Assembly (NCBI GenBank): GCA_051003195.1
Contig: JBPCLP010000047.1
Span: 96,001-160,000, forward strand
DNA: 64,000 nucleotides
DNA from: Candidatus Sumerlaeaceae bacterium
Lineage (GTDB): Bacteria; Sumerlaeota; Sumerlaeia; Sumerlaeales; Sumerlaeaceae
Reading direction: 5' to 3'
A model generated the notes under the pieces. It had not been told where the DNA came from and did not search any database. It saw only the letters and a program-made list of their open reading frames with translations. The number at the start of each line of letters is the position of its first letter. The first letter of the stretch is position 1. Positions 1 through 8,402 of this stretch are shown here, piece after piece. The position numbers were made by a program, and so were the translations under genes.

Positions 1-666
1 CTGCAGCGGCACGCAGAAAAGTGTATTGTCGTGCCCCTTGGGATCGATCTCGCGCGCTTTGAAAAAACCACCGAAACTGAATCAAGTGCGACCATAGTCA
101 GGCAGAAATATCCCGGACCCATCACCATCTTCGTCGGTCGCCTGCGTTACTACAAGGGCTTGGAGTTTCTCGTCCGGGCAATGCCGCAAATTCCCGGGAC
201 ATTGCTTATCATTGGAACCGGCCCCGAATCCGATCGGCTGCAATCGCTCATTGCCGAAACCGGGCTTCTAAATCGCGTGCATTTACTCGGTGATCAGGAC
301 GAATCGCAGCTTGTCGCGCATCTGCATGCTGCCGATGCTTTTTGCATGCCTTCACACCTGCGAAGCGAAGCATTTGGCCTGAGCCAGGTTGAGGCAATGG
401 CGTGTGCCCTGCCAGTCGTGAGCACTACAATCCCCACCGGTGTCCCGTTCGTCAATCACGATGGGGTAACGGGGTTCTCTGTGGAACCCGCTTCTCCTGA
501 TGCATTGGCGCAGGCATTAAATCGCATTTACTCAAATCCGCACCTGCGCACGCAGATGGGCGCCGCAGCCCGGCAGCGCGCGGTCACCACGTTCAACGCG
601 GCGCGCATGTGTGCGGACCTGAAGCGCGTATATTCGCAGGTCCTCGGAAGCACAACTGCTGAATAG
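1..666 (+). CDS. Glycosyltransferase family 4 (GT-B), 5' truncated by window edge
   Basis: Frame open from base 1; FVGRLRYYKG and EAFGLSQVEAMAC (EX7E) GT4 motifs. Confidence 0.9.
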   Translation: MQRHAEKCIVVPLGIDLARFEKTTETESSATIVRQKYPGPITIFVGRLRYYKGLEFLVRAMPQIPGTLLIIGTGPESDRLQSLIAETGLLNRVHLLGDQDESQLVAHLHAADAFCMPSHLRSEAFGLSQVEAMACALPVVSTTIPTGVPFVNHDGVTGFSVEPASPDALAQALNRIYSNPHLRTQMGAAARQRAVTTFNAARMCADLKRVYSQVLGSTTAE

Positions 667-719
667 CGCCCATCCATCGCTCTAACTGAAATCAGAATCG
701 AAGCAGGAGAGCGAAAGTC

Positions 720-1031
720 GTGGAAAACGAGCAGCCCGAAAACATGGTTTCAGAAACGATCGCGAACGCAGCTGGTGTCTCGCCGCACCCACCCGCAACG
801 GACAATCCCGAATTGTATGAACGCGTGCAGGCAATTATCCAGGAAGTTCGTCCATACATTCAAAGCGATGGCGGAGACGTTGAGCTGCTCAAGCTCGAAG
901 ACAACATTGTATATGTACGACTGAACGGTGCCTGTGTTGGCTGTCCCAGCTCGCTGATGACGCTTAAGGGCGGAATTGAAGCGCGGGTGCGCGAAGAAAT
1001 CCCCGAAATCGAATCCGTCGAAATGGTTTAG
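720..1031 (+). CDS. NifU/Nfu-type Fe-S cluster scaffold/carrier
   Basis: VRPYIQSDGGDVEL and GACVGCPSS (CxxC) Nfu signature; AGGAG upstream of GTG. Confidence 0.9.
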   Translation: MENEQPENMVSETIANAAGVSPHPPATDNPELYERVQAIIQEVRPYIQSDGGDVELLKLEDNIVYVRLNGACVGCPSSLMTLKGGIEARVREEIPEIESVEMV

Positions 1032-1036
1032 TAGCG

Positions 1037-1135
1037 CTAGTGTGATCTACCGTTAGTTAGTAACCAGTTCTGTGTGCCGAACGAGGTCAAGTCCGCCCTT
1101 TGTTCTGGTAAGGAACTACTGGTTCGGCACACTAG
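1037..1135 (+). mobile_element. ~100-bp MITE-like repeat, subfamily A copy 1
   Basis: CTAGTGT...ACACTAG ends; colinear with 18269-18368 and the reverse complement of 59913-60011; right CTAG contains the comEA stop codon. Confidence 0.8.
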
Positions 1136-1965
1136 CGTACCGTCAGTCTGGCGCGGTTGTCTTCCAGTATCTTTGGGCCGATCCCTTTCACATCTTCCAA
1201 TGCGTTCACGTTCGGAAAAGCGCCGTGCTGCTGCCGGTATTCTATGATCCGCTTCGCAATCACCGGCCCGACGCGCTTAAGCGTTTCCAGCTCTTGCTGG
1301 CCTGCCGTGTTGATATTAATAATCCCATTCAGCGCTGTTGCCGGAGCCGCGCTTCGGGAATAAACCACAGGTGTAGCCTGGGGCGGAGGCTGCGCGATTT
1401 GTAAAGCGGCTTGAGGCTGTTGCAGCGCGGAAGCGTACGGTTTGGGCACTGCCGTCGCTGGCCCGGCAGCCGATTGATGGGGCTGGCGAGCAAGTTCTGT
1501 CGCTCCGGGCATTATTCCGGGTGCTTGCATCGGCTGCTGGGCAATGACCGCAGGCGATGAGTTCACCGCATCGTTAACTGCAACATACGGACGCATTTTC
1601 AGCAGCTTCGACGCACCGATTCCTTTTACCCCGTCCAGTTCTTCCACGCTGCGGAATCCCCCATGCGTGTTTCGGTACGAAATAATTTCTTCCGCCAGCG
1701 AAGGTCCAATCCCCGGGATCGCAGCCAGCGCTTCTGCATTCGCCGAATTCACGTTGATCTGCCCACCGCTGGTCATAATTGATTGCAGCGTGCCGGAGGT
1801 CGCAACCGTCGCCGTGCCGGACGTCAGCTCGACACTGTGGTAGGAGTCCAGGAACAACGGCTCCGGTTTCGGCTTCGTAAACTGGATTATACCAAATCCA
1901 CCTGCCATGATTGCCAGTACGAACCCCACTACCTTTTTCTCATCATTGGTAAAAGAGGACAACAT
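1132..1965 (-). CDS. comEA: ComEA-family DNA-binding protein with two helix-hairpin-helix domains
   Basis: N-terminal TM segment; two INxNxA...LxxxxGxGP...IIxYR...GxF...V(K)GIG domains joined by a Pro/Ala/Gln linker. Confidence 0.85.
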   Translation of the reverse strand: MLSSFTNDEKKVVGFVLAIMAGGFGIIQFTKPKPEPLFLDSYHSVELTSGTATVATSGTLQSIMTSGGQINVNSANAEALAAIPGIGPSLAEEIISYRNTHGGFRSVEELDGVKGIGASKLLKMRPYVAVNDAVNSSPAVIAQQPMQAPGIMPGATELARQPHQSAAGPATAVPKPYASALQQPQAALQIAQPPPQATPVVYSRSAAPATALNGIININTAGQQELETLKRVGPVIAKRIIEYRQQHGAFPNVNALEDVKGIGPKILEDNRARLTVR

Positions 1966-3455
1966 CAGCCGAGTTTGCCTTTCTTCCGTTTTACGTTCGA
2001 TGGTTCGGCCAGCGATTCCGCAAGTTCCACAAATGTGCGAACACCTACTGCGGTCGCCCCGGGCGAAAAGTATTTCCAGGCCTTGTCAGTCATGCTCGTT
2101 CCCGCAATATCGAGGTGCGCCCACCTGGTTTTGGGGCGAACGAACTCCTTCAGGAAAAGTGCGGCCGTGATGCTGCCGCCGTTCGGGCCCTTGCCTACGT
2201 TGTCCATGTCTGCGATGGGGTGGTCCAGCTGCGCACGATATTCGTCAATAAGCGGCATCTGCCAGTAGTTCTCGCCCACCCTCGCACCCGCGTCCCGTAT
2301 GCTATCCACCAGTTCCTGGTCCGTTCCGAAAATTCCCGTGACCGCAACCCCGAGCGCGCGGACCACCGAACCGGTCAGCGTCGCGACGTCCACAACGTGA
2401 GTCGCCCCCTCGTCCTGCGCAAGGTCCAGCGCATCCATCAGGATGAGGCGCCCTTCTGCATCCGTGTTATCGATGTGCACGGTCTTGCCGCTGCGCGAGC
2501 GGATAATATCGCCAGGGAGAATCGCGAGGCTATCGATCGCATTAATCACCGAAGGCACAATCGCAGTAATACGCACCGCGGGTTTTAGCTGGGCGATCGC
2601 CTTCATTGCTCCCAGCACTGCTGCACCACCGGCCATGTCTCCCTTCATCTCCCACAAATTTGCAGCCGGCTTAATACTGTGACCACCTGTATCGAACGCC
2701 ACGGCTTTACCAACCAGCGCCAGGTGCACATTGCTTTTCAGCTGCGGCTTGTACCGCAGCACAATCAGCCGCGGCGGACGATCACTGCCCTTGCCGACTC
2801 CAACAATCCCGCCGTAGTTGCCGCGCGTGAGCGCTTTTTCGTCGAGCACGTCGATGGAAAGTCCGACTTGTTTCGCCATTCGTTTAGCGGCCATGGCCAA
2901 GGTGGCAGGGTAAATCGCTTCAGCCGGTTCGTTGACCAGGTCACGTGCAAATGCCATCGCATCGCTCACGATCTCAGCGCGTCTCACCGCAGCTTTCACC
3001 TCCGCAAGCGCAGCGGACGGCACCTGCAGTGTCACCGTAATCTCCGGGCTGGCAGACTTTGGTTTCGATTTATACTTTTCGAAGGTATAGCTGCTCACGA
3101 GGAAGCCTTCCGCAAGGATTCCCGCGAGCTCCATCTGTGCAAGCGGCACCGTTACATTGTGCAGCTTGTGCTTTTGCGCAAACGCAAGAGCCCGGCTTGC
3201 CAGGGTCTTCAGTTTTTCGTCACGCCCGCCATATTTGATCTGCGCGGTCGAGAGAAACAGGACCACGCTGCTGTCGTCCCCGGAAAAGGCGTATAAGTCT
3301 GTTTCGCCTTTGCTGTCCCGAAAACGTTTCGTTAATCCACGGGCATTTGCCGGGACCTGGTGCGAAGACGGGAAAAGCGGTGTCGCGGCATCGTGCAAAA
3401 GTACAAGTACTCCGCGTATCCCCTGTTTATCTCCCGCTGAAACTCTTACACGCAC
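1965..3455 (-). CDS. pepA: Leucyl aminopeptidase (M17)
   Basis: VGKAVAFDTGG, MKGDMAGGA, NTDAEGRL, ATLTG and HLDIAG motifs. Confidence 0.93.
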   Translation of the reverse strand: MRVRVSAGDKQGIRGVLVLLHDAATPLFPSSHQVPANARGLTKRFRDSKGETDLYAFSGDDSSVVLFLSTAQIKYGGRDEKLKTLASRALAFAQKHKLHNVTVPLAQMELAGILAEGFLVSSYTFEKYKSKPKSASPEITVTLQVPSAALAEVKAAVRRAEIVSDAMAFARDLVNEPAEAIYPATLAMAAKRMAKQVGLSIDVLDEKALTRGNYGGIVGVGKGSDRPPRLIVLRYKPQLKSNVHLALVGKAVAFDTGGHSIKPAANLWEMKGDMAGGAAVLGAMKAIAQLKPAVRITAIVPSVINAIDSLAILPGDIIRSRSGKTVHIDNTDAEGRLILMDALDLAQDEGATHVVDVATLTGSVVRALGVAVTGIFGTDQELVDSIRDAGARVGENYWQMPLIDEYRAQLDHPIADMDNVGKGPNGGSITAALFLKEFVRPKTRWAHLDIAGTSMTDKAWKYFSPGATAVGVRTFVELAESLAEPSNVKRKKGKLG

Positions 3456-3568
3456 GCTGAACTCCTTTGCCGGCCTGAATCGGAAGCCTCATGCACGCAC
3501 CAGCACGGGAGAAGCAAACGAAACTTGCACGTGCCGTTCGTGGTGCGAAGGGTCGCGCTCTTATAATC

Positions 3569-4282
3569 ATGTTCCGGCTCAAACCATATCTGCTTCCGCA
3601 CACGCATCGCCCCAAGGGCGACCCGCTGCGATCGACTCTGAACTATGAGTGGGCCCGGTGGGTGAACCTCGAGTATTTCTGGTTATTTCATTCGGTACGC
3701 TACCGCGGACAACGAAATATTCCCGCAAACGGGCCGATGATTTTTGCGCCCAACCACGTCAGTTATTACGATCCCACTCTGGTTGGGGCCGGCATCCCAT
3801 ACCCCATGCGTTTTATGGCATGGGATGCGTTGTTCAAGGTCCCGCTCCTTAAGCAGATCCTGGAATCCTATGGCGCGTATCCGGTGCGCCCAAACACCGC
3901 GGACAAAGGCTCCATCGAGAAAACCCTGAAGATACTCAAAAACGGCGAAGCGATCATGATCTTCCCTGAGGGAGTACGAAGCGACGACGGCTCGCTCAAA
4001 CCGTTTGAAATGGGTGTGGCCCGGATGGCTCTACAGACCGGCGCAAAGATAATCCCGGTGACCGTCACGAACGTTTACGAGAGCTGGTCCGCGCACCGCA
4101 CTTTGCCGAAACTTTTCGTGCCGCTTACCGTGAAATATCATCCCCCGATCGAGGTGCCGGCGCATGTGCCCCGACCCGAGCTGCGTGCAAAAATTGAAGA
4201 AATTAACGAGCAGGTCGCCAAACCCATTCGCCGCCGCCTCGCAGCCTGGGAGCGCCTCAAGAAACGTAAAGGTTTTGCCTAG
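3569..4282 (+). CDS. plsC: Lysophospholipid/1-acyl-sn-glycerol-3-phosphate acyltransferase
   Basis: NHVSYYD (HX4D) and FPEG motifs; start set at ATG 3569 (MFRLKPY). Confidence 0.85.
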   Translation: MFRLKPYLLPHTHRPKGDPLRSTLNYEWARWVNLEYFWLFHSVRYRGQRNIPANGPMIFAPNHVSYYDPTLVGAGIPYPMRFMAWDALFKVPLLKQILESYGAYPVRPNTADKGSIEKTLKILKNGEAIMIFPEGVRSDDGSLKPFEMGVARMALQTGAKIIPVTVTNVYESWSAHRTLPKLFVPLTVKYHPPIEVPAHVPRPELRAKIEEINEQVAKPIRRRLAAWERLKKRKGFA

Positions 4283-4375
4283 CTGCACAGCCGCCTGACG
4301 CCCCCGCGCGGTGAAACCGCGCCGCAAACCACGCACCCATAACAACATCGCACCATTGCCCCACCCAGTTCATAA

Positions 4376-7300
4376 TTGATCTATGTTCTCCCTTCCGCCA
4401 AAGCCCCATCCATGCAACTAGAAATCCCTCTCCTCTCTCACCTTCACCGCGGCCACCGGCCCAAACCTTGTGTTCACAAATGGATTTCGGGCGACCCAAC
4501 GAAACAATCTAACCTTCTACGGTGCGTCGGCATCGCGCTTATGCTTCTTTCCTGTGGCGGCGCATGGGCCGGTACCGATCTGGAAACCGGATTCGCAGAT
4601 CCACCACCCGACGCAAAACCATGGGCTTTCTGGTTCTGGATGGGGGAGTACATAACTACCCAGGGCATTACGCTGGACCTCGAAGACATGGCGCAGTCTG
4701 GTCTCGGTGGTCTCATCATGATGAACATCGACCAGGGTACCCGGCCGGATGCGGCGTGGGTTACCTTCATGCCCCGGGCCAAAAAAATGCGCATGGTCGA
4801 GTGCCTGAGTCCCGAGTGGTGGGATATGTGGAAGCACGCCGCGACCGAGGCGGATCGTCTCGGGCTAAAAATTTCCATGCACAACTGTACGGGCTGGGCG
4901 ACCGCCGGCGGACCCTGGATCACTCCCGAGCTATCGAAGCAGAAACTCGTTTGGACTGAGAAAGTTGTGGAGGGTCCTTCCGAATTCTCCGGGGTGCTCC
5001 AGCTCCCGCACGTAGATCGTCGCTGGAACTATTATAAGGATTCGATGGTGATCGCATTTCCACTGCAACCTTCCACCGAGCCACTTCGAGCTACCGACGT
5101 GAAGGATTTGGGAGCTGCGCTGCAGGCGAATGGACAATTTACATGGAGCGTGCCACCCGGCAAATGGCGGCTCGTGCGCTTCGGTCACACCACCACCGGA
5201 AAGAAAAATCACCCGACACCAGCGGGAGGCGAAGGCCTCGAAAGCGATACCTGGGACCGTACTGCGGTGAAGGCGCAATTCGAGGGCCTGAGTGCAAAAA
5301 TGGCAAAGGAGTGTAGCGCATTCATTGGCAAGTCTGTCCTGGGGATTGAGAGCGATAGCTACGAGGGAGACTTCTTTGGAATGAAGCAGGACTGGACTCC
5401 GCGCATGCGTGAGGAGTTCACGAAGCGCCGCGGTTACGATCCGTTGCCGTGGATGCCTGCGTACAAACTGGACCAGCTCACCGAAAGCGCCGATATGATG
5501 TCGCGCTTTGAGTACGACACCAGCCATACCGTTGCCGATCTCTTCCGCGATAATTGGTACGGATACTTTGGCGAGCTCGTCCGCAGCACGGGACTCAAGT
5601 TCATTGCGGAAGCGTACTATGGTCCTTTCGACAGCGTGGACTGCGCTTCGCTCGCCGATTTTCCAACAGCCGAGTTCTGGCAGGACGGCAAGTACATCCC
5701 CGCCGCGCGTATCATGGCATCCGCCGCGCACATCACCGGCCGGACAATAGTCGGGGCGGAATCGTTCACTGCTTTTCTTAGCAAGTATCAGAACGATCCG
5801 TGGGCACTCAAGCTTGTCGGCGACCGCGCCCTCTGCAATGGCGTCAATCGCATGATTCTGCACAACTACGTACATCAGCCCTGGGGCAAAGAGGTGAAAC
5901 CTGGCATGACCATGGACTATTGGGGCACGGAGTTCGGTCGCAACGTTAGTTGGTGGGAGCCCGGACGCGCCTGGCTCCGGTATCTGGCACGGTGCCAGTT
6001 TCTCCTCCAGCAGGGGAGTATGGTGGCCGATTACTGCCAGGTCGGCGGCAACATCGCTGACAAGCAATACAGTGGCTACGATGCCGATGTGGTGAGCGAG
6101 AAGATCATCGTGGACCTGATGCAGCCGAAGGACGGACGCATCTCATTGCCCAGCGGGCGCAGTTACACACTTCTGGTGCTTCCAAAAACAGACAAAATGC
6201 TGCCCGATGTAATGCGAAAACTCGCCACGCTGGTTCGCGGTGGGGCCGCGGTGCAGGTCGCTAAAAAGCCAACTGGCAGTCCAAGCCTCGAGAACTACCC
6301 ATCGTGCGACGCAACGGTGCGCGCACTTGCCGAGGAGCTGTGGGGAACCGAAGCAGGAAATGGTAAGAAGATGGTCTCGCGGAAGGTAGGAACTGGCCAT
6401 GTCTTTATCGGCGGAAAACCCGAGGACGCACTTGCGCAACTGGGTGTTCAGAAGGACTGCGATGCACAGTTGTCGAATGTGCTGTGGACGCACCGTACAA
6501 CCCCTGAAGCGGACATCTACTTTGTCTCCAATCAGTCGGACGAGCGACGCACTGCTGGCCTTCGCTTCCGGATTTCTGGAAAGCAGCCCGAAATGTGGAA
6601 TCCAGTCACCGGCGAGATGCGCGTCCTCCCTGCCTCGGCAGCGTCCGGGCAGCTCACATCGTTGTCGCTCTCCTTCGAGCCGCGGCAGAGTGTCTTTGTC
6701 CTGTTTCGGCGGCCTCTAAATGATTCGCACGGCGGCCGCAGCATTGGCGAAGCACAGCCCACCGAAGAGCTCACCGGCCCATGGCAGGTTGCCTTCGATC
6801 CAAAATGGAAAGGTCCCGCGCAACCGGTCTCCTTCAGCGTGCTGGACGACTGGACCTCGCGTCCCGAGAATGGAATAAAGTACTACGGCGGGACCGCTGT
6901 GTACACGAAGCAATTTGATCGCCCTCAAGGCACTCCCCAAAATGCCAGTGTATTCCTGGATCTGGGAACCGTAAAAAACATGGCCAGAGTTGCGCTGAAT
7001 GGGCAGGATCTGGGAGTCGTCTGGGGTGCTCCATGGCGCGTCGAAATCACAAAAGCACTGAAGCCGCTTGGCAACCAACTGGAGGTTGCGGTAACCAACA
7101 CCTGGACCAATCGTTTGATCGGCGACGACCAGGAGCCCGACGATTGCGGATGGACACCGCCTCGCTACCGCCGGAAAAAGATCACGGCCGACAAGCCGAA
7201 CGAAAACCACTTCCTCGGTCGCGCGCTCTTCGAGCTGCCCGAGTGGTTCGAGAATAACAAGCCACGCCCGTCCAAAGGCCGAGCGACGTTCGCCACGTGG

Positions 7301-7390
7301 ATGTTCTATACGAAAGATTCGCGGCTGCAACCTTCAGGCTTGCTGGGACCCGTTACGCTGCAGTCGGTCGAGGAGTTTCAAGCGCCGTAG
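4376..7390 (+). CDS. Secreted glycoside hydrolase, GH106 (alpha-L-rhamnosidase-like); true start probably downstream
   Basis: KPWAFWFWM, GWATAGGPWITPE, DSYE, GAESFT, HQPW and LDLGTVKNMARV...SGLLGPV pattern; signal-like segment ending GGAWA. Confidence 0.85.
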   Translation: MIYVLPSAKAPSMQLEIPLLSHLHRGHRPKPCVHKWISGDPTKQSNLLRCVGIALMLLSCGGAWAGTDLETGFADPPPDAKPWAFWFWMGEYITTQGITLDLEDMAQSGLGGLIMMNIDQGTRPDAAWVTFMPRAKKMRMVECLSPEWWDMWKHAATEADRLGLKISMHNCTGWATAGGPWITPELSKQKLVWTEKVVEGPSEFSGVLQLPHVDRRWNYYKDSMVIAFPLQPSTEPLRATDVKDLGAALQANGQFTWSVPPGKWRLVRFGHTTTGKKNHPTPAGGEGLESDTWDRTAVKAQFEGLSAKMAKECSAFIGKSVLGIESDSYEGDFFGMKQDWTPRMREEFTKRRGYDPLPWMPAYKLDQLTESADMMSRFEYDTSHTVADLFRDNWYGYFGELVRSTGLKFIAEAYYGPFDSVDCASLADFPTAEFWQDGKYIPAARIMASAAHITGRTIVGAESFTAFLSKYQNDPWALKLVGDRALCNGVNRMILHNYVHQPWGKEVKPGMTMDYWGTEFGRNVSWWEPGRAWLRYLARCQFLLQQGSMVADYCQVGGNIADKQYSGYDADVVSEKIIVDLMQPKDGRISLPSGRSYTLLVLPKTDKMLPDVMRKLATLVRGGAAVQVAKKPTGSPSLENYPSCDATVRALAEELWGTEAGNGKKMVSRKVGTGHVFIGGKPEDALAQLGVQKDCDAQLSNVLWTHRTTPEADIYFVSNQSDERRTAGLRFRISGKQPEMWNPVTGEMRVLPASAASGQLTSLSLSFEPRQSVFVLFRRPLNDSHGGRSIGEAQPTEELTGPWQVAFDPKWKGPAQPVSFSVLDDWTSRPENGIKYYGGTAVYTKQFDRPQGTPQNASVFLDLGTVKNMARVALNGQDLGVVWGAPWRVEITKALKPLGNQLEVAVTNTWTNRLIGDDQEPDDCGWTPPRYRRKKITADKPNENHFLGRALFELPEWFENNKPRPSKGRATFATWMFYTKDSRLQPSGLLGPVTLQSVEEFQAP

Positions 7391-8381
7391 TTCGAACGGG
7401 CACCACGGAAAAGATTGTGAGCAACACGAACGGAACCGGCCAAAGAAAATACTGCCGGTATAACACGGGGTTGAAGTACAGGAACAGCACGAACTGCAGG
7501 CACAACGCCGGGTAAAAGGTAATTCTTCGCGTCCAGAAAAGCGCGTAGGTAGCTGCAAGCATCACAAATAAGGGAAGCCGGGTGATTGCTCCCGTGAAGC
7601 CCATTGAATCCAGCAGGGCTGCCGCCGACAAATGCTGGTTCGGCTGACGCGTCACGGAAAACATCACGGACTTGACCAGAGCCGGCGCGTCCGCGACAAG
7701 AAATGGAAGACTTACCGCCACAGGCACCACCGCGAGAAACGCCACGCACTTCAACATCTCTTTTACGCGTCTGTCGCGTGGTGCTGCAATCCACGCCTCG
7801 ATCAACAGAATCGGAACCGCAAATACCGCCATCTGCTTAATCGCCAGCGACATGCCGTAGAAAATCCAGGCGGTCTTCGCGTATCGGCGCCGCAGCGTCA
7901 GTCCCAGCATGAACAGCAGCAATGGCAGATGATCGAGATGCGACACCCGTTCCACGAACAGAGACCATCGGTTGAACAGCCAGATCGTACACGCCAGCAT
8001 ACAGGCACCAAGCGATCTCGTGAGCCCAAATATTTCGATAAACAGAAGCGCCGCAATTCCGACATGGCACATGAACAACACCTTGCGCCAGTAGCGCAAC
8101 CAGCGCGAAAATTTGGTTAGTCCCGCATGCTGCGCTGCGGCCGAAAGCAGGTACGCCCCGGGAAGGTACGTCGCATACTTGGCATTGGTCAGCATGTCCG
8201 AATCATGGATCCTGGAATACGGATTCTTGCCTTCGAGAATGCTTCGCCCTTCACTGTAGGCATAGAAGATGTCCTCTGCCTCGCACTTGTAAAACGTTGC
8301 GACTTTGTAACACCACAAGAGCACAATGAGGCACGCCACCGCCCAGGCGCCGACCACGAGAATTGGAAGAAAACGTCGCAT
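7353..8381 (-). CDS. Polytopic membrane glycosyltransferase (GT-C, GT87/DUF2029-like)
   Basis: Multiple TM helices; EDIF...G.NPY, TYLPG and IKQ motifs. Confidence 0.65.
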   Translation of the reverse strand: MRRFLPILVVGAWAVACLIVLLWCYKVATFYKCEAEDIFYAYSEGRSILEGKNPYSRIHDSDMLTNAKYATYLPGAYLLSAAAQHAGLTKFSRWLRYWRKVLFMCHVGIAALLFIEIFGLTRSLGACMLACTIWLFNRWSLFVERVSHLDHLPLLLFMLGLTLRRRYAKTAWIFYGMSLAIKQMAVFAVPILLIEAWIAAPRDRRVKEMLKCVAFLAVVPVAVSLPFLVADAPALVKSVMFSVTRQPNQHLSAAALLDSMGFTGAITRLPLFVMLAATYALFWTRRITFYPALCLQFVLFLYFNPVLYRQYFLWPVPFVLLTIFSVVPVRTTALETPRPTAA

Positions 8382-8402
8382 GCTGGCGAGGGGAATTGCT
8401 GG

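Noticed and set aside
4306..4322. Hairpin GCGCGGT-GAA-ACCGCGC after plsC
   Set aside because: No U-tract and no other copy seen in the window.
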